Shown: positions 1-8,997 of the stretch, one piece after another
Numbering within the stretch: position 1 is the stretch's first letter
Layout: every line of letters begins with the position of its first letter
Assembly (NCBI GenBank): GCA_002496485.1
Contig: DAJW01000119.1
Location: 1 to 34,900, forward strand
Length of the DNA: 34,900 bases
From: Euryarchaeota archaeon UBA36
GTDB lineage: Archaea > Thermoplasmatota > Poseidoniia > Poseidoniales > Thalassarchaeaceae
Reading direction: 5' to 3'
Program-made: the position numbers and the translations under genes
Notes under the pieces: model-generated
Database searches by the model: none
Told to the model about the DNA's origin: nothing
Seen by the model: only the letters and a program-made list of their open reading frames with translations

Positions 1-1
1 T

Positions 2-733
2 TCTGCAGCCGGATTGGGCTCCTCTGCAGCACTCTCAAATGCTTTCGGTGCTGCCTTATCTTTTCATATGAATCATGTCGATGATATCGACAGAATTAGA
101 CTTGCTAAATATGCTCATTCAGCGGAAGCTAATGCGCAAAAAGGCCGAGCTAGTCCAACAGATACTGCTACAAGCTCATTGGGTGGTTGTGTTGTTGTCT
201 CGGGGACGCACGTTCCAGGGACAAAACATATTTTCGATACTGAATTATTAACTCCTGAAGGACTAAGAGAATGGTCAGTAAATATAGTAGAACTCCCACC
301 CTCAATCCGAGATTCTTACTTAGTCTTAGGATTTACAGGAGAAGGATCGCCTACTGGAATTATGGTTGAAAAGGTAGCTAAACTATTGAGAGAAAAACCC
401 CAAAAATTAATTGAAATGGATGCAATTGCTAATATTACCAAAGCCGGACTAACTGCTCTTTCTGCAGGGAATCTAGAAGCATTAGGAATTGCTATGAATG
501 CTTGTCATGAAAGACTAAGAAGTTTAGAAGTTAGCACTAGAGAGTTAGATGATTTAGTTGAAGTATCTAGGCCCCATTCTTATGGTGCGAAGCTTACTGG
601 AGCAGGTGGTGGAGGCTGTATGGTAGCACTAGCAAGAAATCCTGATAGGGTCGCCGAAGCTATAGAAGTAGCCGGTGGAAAACCGCTTATTACTAGACTT
701 GGAAGTGATGGAGTAAGAATAATCAAGAGATAA
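2..733 (+). CDS. mvk: Mevalonate kinase (GHMP family), 5'-truncated by the window edge
   Basis: Frame is open from base 2 and reads [10 protein letters not shown] (GHMP motif). Also has [15 protein letters not shown] and [11 protein letters not shown]. The TTG at 14 is internal. Confidence 0.85.
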   Translation, partial: SAAGLGSSAALSNAFGAALSFHMNHVDDIDRIRLAKYAHSAEANAQKGRASPTDTATSSLGGCVVVSGTHVPGTKHIFDTELLTPEGLREWSVNIVELPPSIRDSYLVLGFTGEGSPTGIMVEKVAKLLREKPQKLIEMDAIANITKAGLTALSAGNLEALGIAMNACHERLRSLEVSTRELDDLVEVSRPHSYGAKLTGAGGGGCMVALARNPDRVAEAIEVAGGKPLITRLGSDGVRIIKR

Positions 734-768
734 TCTCCAATCATTTTTTTAAAAATCAGAAACTATTC

Positions 769-776
769 TTTATAAG
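769..776 (+). promoter_or_regulatory. Putative TATA box for tbp (probably leaderless transcript)
   Basis: TTTATAAG centred about 26 nt upstream of ATG 798, with a purine-rich BRE-like CAGAAA upstream. Confidence 0.5.
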
Positions 777-797
777 GGCATTATAAAGGCGAATGAT

Positions 798-1517
798 ATG
801 CTTACCGACGAAGAAAGATTAACAGTAGTGAATGTAGTTGCCTCTACTCGCGTTGCAGAAGAACTTGACTTACCTGATATTGCAATTCAACTTAATTGTG
901 AATATGAACCAGAACAATTTCCGGGTGTTGTTTACAGAGTAGTAGATCCAAAACTTGCTATACTAATGTTCCGTTCTGGCAGGGCTGTATGTACAGGCGG
1001 AAAAAATGAAGATAACATCGAAGTAGGTATCGAGAGAATGATTGGAGATCTTAGAGCAGCTGGAATTGAAACTTGGGATCAGAAAGATGTAGAAATAGAG
1101 GTCCAGAATATGGTAGCCACATACTCATTATTCTATCCAGAAGATTATGCTGGAACAGCTAAAATGGATGACATTAATACTAAGGTAATAGAAGAAAATG
1201 GTTCAATCAGGGCCGCAACTGATGAAGAAGTAGAAGCCAATGACGATAGAATTAGGGGAGTTCTACAAGGAGAGCCATTAGCTGCATTACCTAGGAAATT
1301 AAATCTTAACAATTTGACATTCCACTTACCATTTGACAAAGTTGAATATGAACCAGAACAATTTCCAGGATTAATTTACAGATTAGACTATCCTAGAGTA
1401 GTTTGTCTGATATTTGGGAGTGGAAAGATGGTAATTACTGGAGCCAGGCACAAAGACGAGATTCTAGAAGCTGTGGAACAAATTAAAGATGAATTAGCCG
1501 ATTTACTGTATGAGTAA
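798..1517 (+). CDS. tbp: TATA-box binding protein with an insertion in the second repeat
   Basis: Two TBP repeats: NVVAS...YEPEQFPG...FRSGRAVCTG and NMVAT...YEPEQFPG...FGSGKMVITG. Confidence 0.97.
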   Translation: MLTDEERLTVVNVVASTRVAEELDLPDIAIQLNCEYEPEQFPGVVYRVVDPKLAILMFRSGRAVCTGGKNEDNIEVGIERMIGDLRAAGIETWDQKDVEIEVQNMVATYSLFYPEDYAGTAKMDDINTKVIEENGSIRAATDEEVEANDDRIRGVLQGEPLAALPRKLNLNNLTFHLPFDKVEYEPEQFPGLIYRLDYPRVVCLIFGSGKMVITGARHKDEILEAVEQIKDELADLLYE

Positions 1518-4500
1518 TAAGACATATATTCTTCAATTAGTATCCCCTCTTGTGGCTATGGCTTCTCTTCGCACATGCACTCTACTGGTGGTAATTTTTC
1601 TCATACAACCAATGTCATATATTCTCGTTGATATAAGTGTGAGTAAAGAATTAAAATATGAGAAAAGAGATAAATTTTCTAGCTCTATTCATTCAAATAG
1701 TATCACAGACACTCCGAGCTGGTTAATAGGAGATGTTTGGGAATATGACGGATATCTAGATGTATCGAGTTTTGTAGCAAGTTCGGGTGCTAGCACTAGT
1801 GTAGATGTAGTTTATGGTGTATTGGATCGAACTGTTACTGATATGTATTTATTAGAAATTGATAATTCCTCAACTCTTGTATATGAGGTAATTTCACAAG
1901 GGACATATCAGACTAATGGAGCAATAGATGTTGAAGGTCAAACAGGATGCCTTATTGCAAATATAGAGATTTTTGAAATCGTTCTAGCTTCAGACCTTTC
2001 AACGTATAGTCAGGAAGCAGAAATTGAAGTTTTTGTCGATCCAGCTCTTTTTGGTATATGCTTTCCAGCACTTAGAATTGATCTAGCAGAATTAACAGTA
2101 AAAAATACATTCAACCCACCAATGGAGTGGTATGATTTCCCATTATCTGTTGGAGAGTCTTGGAATACAAATTATTCTCAATCAATTGAATTTAGCGGAA
2201 CTACAAACGATTTGATAACTATACCAATACCTGAAAATACAACCGAAGATAATTCGTCTAGTTGGGAAGTAGTTAGCAGAGGTTACTCCGGAGTCTCCTA
2301 TACTGGCTGTCTTCAATCTTATAATATCACAAGTTATGATAGAGATGGAAATATGGCAGGTTATAGATGGTATTGTCCTGCAATTAGAGGCGACATTAAG
2401 ACTTCGTTGGTACAAAGTTTTGGATTCACTCTAGTCAACGAGCTAGTCTCATATAGTCCTTCGACTAGGCAAACCATAATTTCCATCGAATTAGAGACTC
2501 CTTTATCCCCATTAGACATCGAAACATCGGCATGGATTAATGTTACAAATAATGGTCAACCAGTCTCAGGAAAGATATTACAATTCAGATACGAAAAAGA
2601 AGAATTTTTCCAAAATATAACCACCAATCAAGATGGTTCTGCATATGTAGAGTTTAATTCTGGAGAATCAAGAGATAACTCAGATGGATATAACGAGTAT
2701 GGGAGCCATGGAATTTTGGCTTGGATACAATCAGAAAATATAATTGGAGTTGAAACTATAGTTATAGATCCAGAGGTTTTTGCTGTCGATTTGGTGACTA
2801 GCTCATCAGGCGTTACAGTATCTAGAAATAGGGGAAATAATACTCTAACATTAAATCCCTTGATTGGATTTAATGCTGTATCCGGAGATTCGCTAATATT
2901 TTCAATACCCGTAATTAACAGAGGAGTTCAAACATCACCACCATCAATAATTGAGATTCAGGCCCCTGATGGAACCATAATCAATGGCCAAGTTCCAGAA
3001 CTAAATAGCCTCGAAGAGGCCAGAGTTGAACTTAATTGGACAATACCTGCATCTCAAGTATTTGGAAATATATCATTGATATTTGAAGTCGATCCATCAG
3101 AGGAGATATCCGAAGATGGCAATAGGTCGAATAATTTCGGATTCTTCAATCTTTACATAGGATCTTTGCCAATGGCCATAATGTCTCTTCCACCAACTAT
3201 CTTGACTATGAATGAACTATTCATTGATGGCACCAACTCTAGTGATCCAGATGGGGGTTCTATAATATGCGATTTTACAATCGTAGCAGACTATGGTTCA
3301 TCAGTTTTTGATGAATTTACATCTTTAGAATCTGATTGTACTTTAGAGTGGATTCCACAAGACGATGGAATTATCCTGATTTCCATGACCGTAATAGATC
3401 AAGAAAATGATCAATCCACAATTTCTGATACATTAATGGCGATTAATAGACCTCCAATCCTTACCATAGGTTCAGATAATGAATCGGTTGAAGTACTGTC
3501 TCCTGTAACATTCCGAGTTTTGAATGCAAGTGATTTAGACTCCAATAATCCTTCAAGTCCAGTTGATATATTGTGGAAATCAAATTGTGCAGAAGGGCAA
3601 GTTGGAATTACTTGCACTGTCGTTCCTACAGATGAAGGAGAATTCAAAATTGAAGCTGTAGCTACAGATGATGATGGAGAAACAACAACATCAAACTACT
3701 CAGTAAATGTTACAAATATTGCCCCATTCAATCCATTAGCCGAAGTTTGGCTAGGATCAATGAAGCTAATTCCAGACAATAGGGGGTTGTACTCAATTCA
3801 AGAAGGAGATAATTTTACTTTGTACGGGCAAGCCTCAGACTCATTAAATGACATTAATAGTTTAGAACATCATTGGCAACCTAATGCTGAAAGTTTCCCC
3901 AATCTTAATTTTACAACTGTGGGAGAAATAAGTACAGTTTCTAATTTCTCATATAACTATTCAGGAATTAAATTTGCAATACTTACTGTAACGGATGATG
4001 ATGGGGAGGAAACCGAACCTTTGACCTTACTAATACAAGTTGTTAACTTTGAGCCTCAAATTCTACCCATCCCGCAGATACCACAAATTTCTGAAGATGA
4101 AGAAATAGAAATAGTGGCAGAAGTGGTTGATTCCTACAATGATATGGAATCACTGATTTATTGTTTCGATTTAAATCCAGAAATAGATTCAGATGAAGAT
4201 GGGGCAGCAAAAAATGACTGTGATATAAATTCGAATGTGTTAGTACATTCATGGCCAGATGCTTCTACTTCTCCAGACTTTATTATATTCCATGTTAGTG
4301 ATAATGATGGCTCTACTGATTTCACAGAAATTGAAATAGATGTAGTGAACACTCCACCTGTAGCATTGGCCTCAGTTAATGCCCTAAATCCGACAGAAGG
4401 AGATAAAATAATTCTTTCAGCTAATGGATCCATAGACTCTGTGAATGACATGGAATCTCTTACATTTCATTGGGATTTAGATATATCATTAGACTCTGAT

Positions 4501-4989
4501 GGAGATGGTAACCCATCAAATGATATTGATATGATGGGACGCTGGATTGAGGCCTCATACGATTCTGAAGGGCTGAAACAAGTGAAACTAACAGTAATTG
4601 ATGAATCCGAATCGCATTCTGTTACAATGGATATTAATGTAGCAACCGCTCCATCGATGTTAATTCAACATTCTACATCAATATTTGGAATTATTATTGT
4701 GGCAATAATTTCCTTATCGGGCTATATTTACTACACGAGAAGAATGATGACTGAGGACGGAAAAGATATGGGTAATGATGAATTAAATGTTATTGACTTC
4801 GATGATACGTTTAGTAAAGATACCAATCCAGATTCCTTAATTAATAATCTCCCAGCCGCCCCAGATTTATTACAAGAACATGACATTATTGAGAATAAAA
4901 AGGAGCCCGATATTGCAACTCCGGACGATAATGAAAGGTTACAAAACGCAGGTTTGGATATTGAAGACATCGAAGCACTCTTTGAGTAG
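1510..4989 (+). CDS. Large membrane-anchored cell-surface protein with CARDB-like and PKD/Ig-like repeats
   Basis: N-terminal hydrophobic segment (true start may be ATG 1558). CARDB-like INRG...VDPSEEISEDGNRSNN, repeated SxDxDG...VxDDDG...VNxPP units, DSDGDG motifs, C-terminal TM helix followed by RR and an acidic tail. Confidence 0.8.
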   Translation: MSNKTYILQLVSPLVAMASLRTCTLLVVIFLIQPMSYILVDISVSKELKYEKRDKFSSSIHSNSITDTPSWLIGDVWEYDGYLDVSSFVASSGASTSVDVVYGVLDRTVTDMYLLEIDNSSTLVYEVISQGTYQTNGAIDVEGQTGCLIANIEIFEIVLASDLSTYSQEAEIEVFVDPALFGICFPALRIDLAELTVKNTFNPPMEWYDFPLSVGESWNTNYSQSIEFSGTTNDLITIPIPENTTEDNSSSWEVVSRGYSGVSYTGCLQSYNITSYDRDGNMAGYRWYCPAIRGDIKTSLVQSFGFTLVNELVSYSPSTRQTIISIELETPLSPLDIETSAWINVTNNGQPVSGKILQFRYEKEEFFQNITTNQDGSAYVEFNSGESRDNSDGYNEYGSHGILAWIQSENIIGVETIVIDPEVFAVDLVTSSSGVTVSRNRGNNTLTLNPLIGFNAVSGDSLIFSIPVINRGVQTSPPSIIEIQAPDGTIINGQVPELNSLEEARVELNWTIPASQVFGNISLIFEVDPSEEISEDGNRSNNFGFFNLYIGSLPMAIMSLPPTILTMNELFIDGTNSSDPDGGSIICDFTIVADYGSSVFDEFTSLESDCTLEWIPQDDGIILISMTVIDQENDQSTISDTLMAINRPPILTIGSDNESVEVLSPVTFRVLNASDLDSNNPSSPVDILWKSNCAEGQVGITCTVVPTDEGEFKIEAVATDDDGETTTSNYSVNVTNIAPFNPLAEVWLGSMKLIPDNRGLYSIQEGDNFTLYGQASDSLNDINSLEHHWQPNAESFPNLNFTTVGEISTVSNFSYNYSGIKFAILTVTDDDGEETEPLTLLIQVVNFEPQILPIPQIPQISEDEEIEIVAEVVDSYNDMESLIYCFDLNPEIDSDEDGAAKNDCDINSNVLVHSWPDASTSPDFIIFHVSDNDGSTDFTEIEIDVVNTPPVALASVNALNPTEGDKIILSANGSIDSVNDMESLTFHWDLDISLDSDGDGNPSNDIDMMGRWIEASYDSEGLKQVKLTVIDESESHSVTMDINVATAPSMLIQHSTSIFGIIIVAIISLSGYIYYTRRMMTEDGKDMGNDELNVIDFDDTFSKDTNPDSLINNLPAAPDLLQEHDIIENKKEPDIATPDDNERLQNAGLDIEDIEALFE

Positions 4990-5006
4990 AATGTCGTGCG
5001 GACACT

Positions 5007-5459
5007 ATGGTTAGTATTTTCAGTATACTTGGTCTACCCAATCCCAAAACACTACTAAAACGTGAAAATAGTAAAAGTAAGCTTAGTACTAGACCAGGTC
5101 CAAAGGCAGGAAATAATAAATTCCATGATTTGGGCGAAAATAGATGGAGTGATAGAACTAAAATAATATCACAAAAGCCTGTTAGATCAGTAATATATAT
5201 CACTCCCGATAAATTACATAGATTGCCATTTGAAGGGGTTGAGCATCAATTGGCATTAGGAGATATGGCAATTTTTGATATAAATTCCTTAAATCATATA
5301 TCACATCAGCAATCTATCTGCGCTAGAAAAATTCGTGAATTAGGAGATCGGACTGGATTGCCCGTATTTTCAATCAATGAGAATGAAACCTTATTGATGA
5401 TTCCAGGTGCAAAGATGAGAGTTGATACCAAAAAACATAGGTTAGGCGTGTCAAGATGA
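5007..5459 (+). CDS. sepF: Divergent archaeal SepF-like cell division protein
   Basis: C-terminal GDMAIFDINSL...KIRELGDRTG...LLMIPGAKMRVD resembles the archaeal SepF core. Confidence 0.65.
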   Translation: MVSIFSILGLPNPKTLLKRENSKSKLSTRPGPKAGNNKFHDLGENRWSDRTKIISQKPVRSVIYITPDKLHRLPFEGVEHQLALGDMAIFDINSLNHISHQQSICARKIRELGDRTGLPVFSINENETLLMIPGAKMRVDTKKHRLGVSR

Positions 5460-5470
5460 CAAATATCGAC

Positions 5471-5674
5471 CTAATCTTCCTCTAGCCAAGCATCCAAATC
5501 TCCAGATTCAATTTCCATTATAGCGTGTTCAGTGAAATCTCTGTAAGCTATCCATTTGTTTATCTCCGATTCTTCATCTCCCCGTTTTATCTTTCTTTCA
5601 ATAGATGCATTAGCATAGATCACACATCGTTCTAGGAAAAGTTGCACAACTTCTCTACGTTTCTTCTTGTCCAT
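5471..5674 (-). CDS. Small helical hypothetical protein
   Basis: 67-aa ORF overlapping the 3' end of bcp, with GAGGG upstream of the ATG. Confidence 0.7.
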   Translation of the reverse strand: MDKKKRREVVQLFLERCVIYANASIERKIKRGDEESEINKWIAYRDFTEHAIMEIESGDLDAWLEED

Positions 5675-6158
5675 AAAATCCCTCTAAACCGAGAATTTGC
5701 ATAATTTCTTCGACATTATTCTTAGCCTTGACTCCATATTTTACCCATATAATTGAACCCTCAGTATCGATAACAAAAGTAGATCTCAAGGTACCCATGT
5801 ATGTATTGCCCCTGAACTTTTTTTCTCTCCATGTTCCAAATTTTTCATGTAATCTAGAATCTTCATCAACAATCAAGTCAAAGGGAAGATTGTGTTTTTG
5901 TATAAATTTCTCATGGGAATTTGCACTATCAGATGAAACTCCAAAAACATCCCAACCATTTTCTTGAAATATTTTGAAATTATTCCTAAAATCGCATGAT
6001 TGATATGTACAACCGGGAGTATTATCTCTAGGATAGAAATATAGAATTACTCCATTTCCATTCGCAAGAATCTCAGATAGCCTTATTTTGCTACCATCAG
6101 AAATCTCCGCTTCAAAGTCTGGGGCTTTCATTCCTTTTACTAACTCGGTATATTCCAT
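5655..6158 (-). CDS. bcp: Peroxiredoxin, BCP/PrxQ family
   Basis: KAPDF, LYFYPRDNTPGCTYQSCDFR and RSTFVID motifs. Confidence 0.95.
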   Translation of the reverse strand: MEYTELVKGMKAPDFEAEISDGSKIRLSEILANGNGVILYFYPRDNTPGCTYQSCDFRNNFKIFQENGWDVFGVSSDSANSHEKFIQKHNLPFDLIVDEDSRLHEKFGTWREKKFRGNTYMGTLRSTFVIDTEGSIIWVKYGVKAKNNVEEIMQILGLEGFYGQEET

Positions 6159-6195
6159 ATATGGGCGACCGACTACTTACTCATCAAGCCTATGA

Positions 6196-6759
6196 TTAAC
6201 CAATGTAAGATTTCAGAGTTACAGAAGAGGGCCATTTTGGCGGTTCACTAAAACCAAAACATGCATCTATTTCGAAATTTACTGACTGTCCTAAATCAAT
6301 GCCATCAATTTTACATTCACCATGAACAACTTTAGATATCCCTCTAATTGAATACCATTCTTTTCTTCCATCACGCGTAATTCCGAATGTAGAGGTATTG
6401 AAAAACTTCTTAGCAATGGTATTTTCGAATGTGGAGATAAACCATTTAGGCCTCCAAAGTGGAATTGGAAAAGATAAACTCCAAACCATCTTAACTTCCA
6501 AACTACCAGCTTTGACGGAAATTTCTTTTACCCCCCTATTTACTTCAATAGGGGTGATTTTCACTTCCTCAAAAGAATATAGAGAGGACACATATTCAGC
6601 TAAGTTTTTATTCGGAGAAAGTAACACTCTCACTCCATCAGATTTAGCCCACATTATGTTCGTGAAGCTGCCAAATGGTGAATATTTCCAGTCCCCAATA
6701 ACAATTCTATCTCCACTGGAGAAGCCAGAAGAAGTTATTCTACCCGAAAATATATCCAT
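6196..6759 (-). CDS. Hypothetical protein, beta-rich
   Basis: 187-aa ORF starting immediately after the nth stop codon. Motifs SGDRIVIGDW-SPFG and FGFSEPPxxPS. Confidence 0.75.
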   Translation of the reverse strand: MDIFSGRITSSGFSSGDRIVIGDWKYSPFGSFTNIMWAKSDGVRVLLSPNKNLAEYVSSLYSFEEVKITPIEVNRGVKEISVKAGSLEVKMVWSLSFPIPLWRPKWFISTFENTIAKKFFNTSTFGITRDGRKEWYSIRGISKVVHGECKIDGIDLGQSVNFEIDACFGFSEPPKWPSSVTLKSYIG

Positions 6760-6760
6760 C

Positions 6761-7414
6761 CTATTTCATCCTCTCATCCTTAATTCTTTTTTTACTCGCT
6801 GCCCACGAACAAATAGGACATTTTTCTAAATCATGCCTCAGTGCAGGACAATATTCCCTCCCGAAAAAAATAATTTGTAAATGCCTCTTATTCCAAGTTT
6901 CCTTATCAAAAACCTTTTTTAAATCTCTTTCAGTTTTTTCAACATTTTTGCCATCAGAAAGTCCCCATCTTGAAGCTAACCGATGAATATGGGTATCAAT
7001 AGGAAAAGCTGGAATTCCAAAGGCTTGAGACATCACCACTCCAGCAGTCTTATGCCCGACCCCAGCCAAAGATTCTAAAAAATCCCAGTCAGGAAAAATA
7101 TCTCCACCAGCGTCAATTATTTGATTAGCCATTTTTTTTAGATTCTTAGATTTAGTTGGAGCAAGACCTATTTCCTTTATGATTTCAAGAATTTCACTCT
7201 CTTTCAATCTTGACATTTCTTGCGGGGTACTAGCAATTTTGAATAATTTAGGAGTAACTTCATTGACCTTTTTATCTGTAGTCTGAGCAGATAACATTAC
7301 AGCAACTAATAATGTATAGGGATCAGAATGAGATAGGGGTATTGGTGTTTCAGGATATAACTCATCTAGTTTAAGGCCGATTTTTTGAGCCTTCTCAAGG
7401 CGCCTCAAGCTCAA
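6761..7414 (-). CDS. nth: Endonuclease III (HhH-GPD glycosylase/AP lyase)
   Basis: LLVAVMLSAQTTDKKVN, HhH LAGVGHKTA (catalytic Lys) and PIDTHIHR (catalytic Asp). Confidence 0.95.
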   Translation of the reverse strand: MSLRRLEKAQKIGLKLDELYPETPIPLSHSDPYTLLVAVMLSAQTTDKKVNEVTPKLFKIASTPQEMSRLKESEILEIIKEIGLAPTKSKNLKKMANQIIDAGGDIFPDWDFLESLAGVGHKTAGVVMSQAFGIPAFPIDTHIHRLASRWGLSDGKNVEKTERDLKKVFDKETWNKRHLQIIFFGREYCPALRHDLEKCPICSWAASKKRIKDERMK

Positions 7415-7617
7415 GCCTCCAAAATTACTTCATTATTTCCCCTGATTCCAAGAATAAATGCCCATCCAACAGTTACAAAAAAAGGAACATAACAAGCCAA
7501 GAATGACTGACTAGTCCACTCTTCCGGCATTCCAATAATTGTCCATCCAATAACTGCAAACAATAAGCCCGGAAATGCTGCTAGAAATGAAAATAAAATA
7601 GCTCTAGTTAGTCCCAA
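7411..7617 (-). CDS. Small two-TM membrane protein
   Basis: Two hydrophobic helices, GGTGA upstream of the TTG start, 4-nt overlap with the nth start. Confidence 0.7.
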   Translation of the reverse strand: MGLTRAILFSFLAAFPGLLFAVIGWTIIGMPEEWTSQSFLACYVPFFVTVGWAFILGIRGNNEVILEA

Positions 7618-7621
7618 TTAA

Positions 7622-8173
7622 TCACCACGGAAATTTATATGTCCAGAGTATCCAATCATTTAGTATACACTGAATCCCTAACATAATAGAACCAGTCAAC
7701 ATTATTCCTGCATAATCTACGCCATCTTTGTATGCCGCATATGCCAGTAAACCCATCATAACATTTCCTATCGAGACCAAAGTCAAGATCCCAATAACTA
7801 GTATTGGAGTCCATGAATAATCTGAATTAATATGGAATAGAGTACTTTCAAGCCATAATGCCGAAGGTATCATCACTAAAGCAAATGAAGCCAATAATCT
7901 AGTGTTTCCTAAACCATCAGATTCCACCCAAGGCCACCTCAGTTCCCCCAAAGTTTTTTCATCCAGCTTAAAGAAAATTACATACCAATATGCCATGAAT
8001 CCCGCCGCAGCTATGAACATGAATGGAACTATAAAGCTCCACCAAGTTTCTGGAATTCCACCCCATAATTCACTCGGATCTTCTGAATGTGAAACGCCGT
8101 ATACATAAGATAAAAGTACAAGAGGTCCAAATATCAATGTGAATATTAGAACAGCTTGGCGTGTGACATCCAT
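7622..8173 (-). CDS. Multi-pass membrane protein of unknown function
   Basis: About 5 hydrophobic segments; GGGGGTG upstream of the ATG. Confidence 0.8.
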   Translation of the reverse strand: MDVTRQAVLIFTLIFGPLVLLSYVYGVSHSEDPSELWGGIPETWWSFIVPFMFIAAAGFMAYWYVIFFKLDEKTLGELRWPWVESDGLGNTRLLASFALVMIPSALWLESTLFHINSDYSWTPILVIGILTLVSIGNVMMGLLAYAAYKDGVDYAGIMLTGSIMLGIQCILNDWILWTYKFPW

Positions 8174-8246
8174 AACACCCCCTGTAGTTTCACAGTCATA
8201 ATATTCTGTATTTTAAATATCAATATTATTTCATAATAAGCGTGAT

Positions 8247-8254
8247 TTTATAAA
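8247..8254 (+). promoter_or_regulatory. Putative TATA box for the SpoU-family gene
   Basis: TTTATAAA centred about 26 nt upstream of GTG 8276. Confidence 0.5.
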
Positions 8255-8275
8255 TGAAATAACAATTCTAAACTC

Positions 8276-8992
8276 GTGCAAAGATGTGGCATCGAAGAAG
8301 TCCGAAATGCTCTCGAGAATGAGAAAGTCTCGATGTTGCTGGTACTCAGAGATGTAATGAATGCAGAGGTAGATGAATTAACAGAATTAGCACTCCAAAG
8401 AGATATTCCCGTGAAAAAGAGTTCAGAAAGTGATATTTGGCGGATGTCTAAATCTACAGAAAATAATAAGATTCCGCCTATTCTGGCATTAGTTGGCAGA
8501 AATCCTAATGCAAACATAGATCAAATTTTAGAAGATGGCGGAATAATCTGGCTATTGGCTGGGGCCCAGTATCCCGTAAATATCGGATATACAATTAGAA
8601 CAGCGGAAGTGAGCGGCGCCAATGCAGTTTTTGTCGATGGAAATCTTTCTCATAAACAAAAAAAGGCAGCGAAGCGAGCTTCAATGAAAGCTCATAGGTT
8701 CATGCCCGTTCATTGGGTAGAAGGATTTGATTTTGTACGACTAGCAAAAGAAAAAGGTTTCAAAATCATCTCGATAGAAGATACAGGAAATTTACATCCT
8801 TGGGAGTCAAAGCTGACTGATGATGTCTTACTGGTAATTGGTGGTGAGCATTATGGAATATCAGAAGAGATACTTTCTATTTCAGATCAAATTATAAGAA
8901 TTCCAATGGCAGGTTTTGTCCCTTCTTATAATTTACAGGCACCGATGGCTATTATGGCATCAGAAGCTCTACGCCAAAGAAATATTCTATAA
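8276..8992 (+). CDS. SpoU/TrmH-family RNA 2'-O-methyltransferase
   Basis: SPOUT motifs PVNIGYTIRTA, VIGGEHYGIS and IPMAGFVPSYNL. Confidence 0.9.
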   Translation: MQRCGIEEVRNALENEKVSMLLVLRDVMNAEVDELTELALQRDIPVKKSSESDIWRMSKSTENNKIPPILALVGRNPNANIDQILEDGGIIWLLAGAQYPVNIGYTIRTAEVSGANAVFVDGNLSHKQKKAAKRASMKAHRFMPVHWVEGFDFVRLAKEKGFKIISIEDTGNLHPWESKLTDDVLLVIGGEHYGISEEILSISDQIIRIPMAGFVPSYNLQAPMAIMASEALRQRNIL

Positions 8993-8997
8993 ACAAA

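Noticed and set aside
1128..1289. Possible intein or intron in tbp
   Set aside because: The insert is in frame, too short, and lacks C/S...HN splice residues; I saw no bulge-helix-bulge.
899..1366. Exact 24-nt direct repeat TGAATATGAACCAGAACAATTTCC at 899-922 and 1343-1366
   Set aside because: It encodes EYEPEQFP in both TBP repeats and is explained by protein symmetry plus codon bias. It is not a CRISPR repeat or att site.
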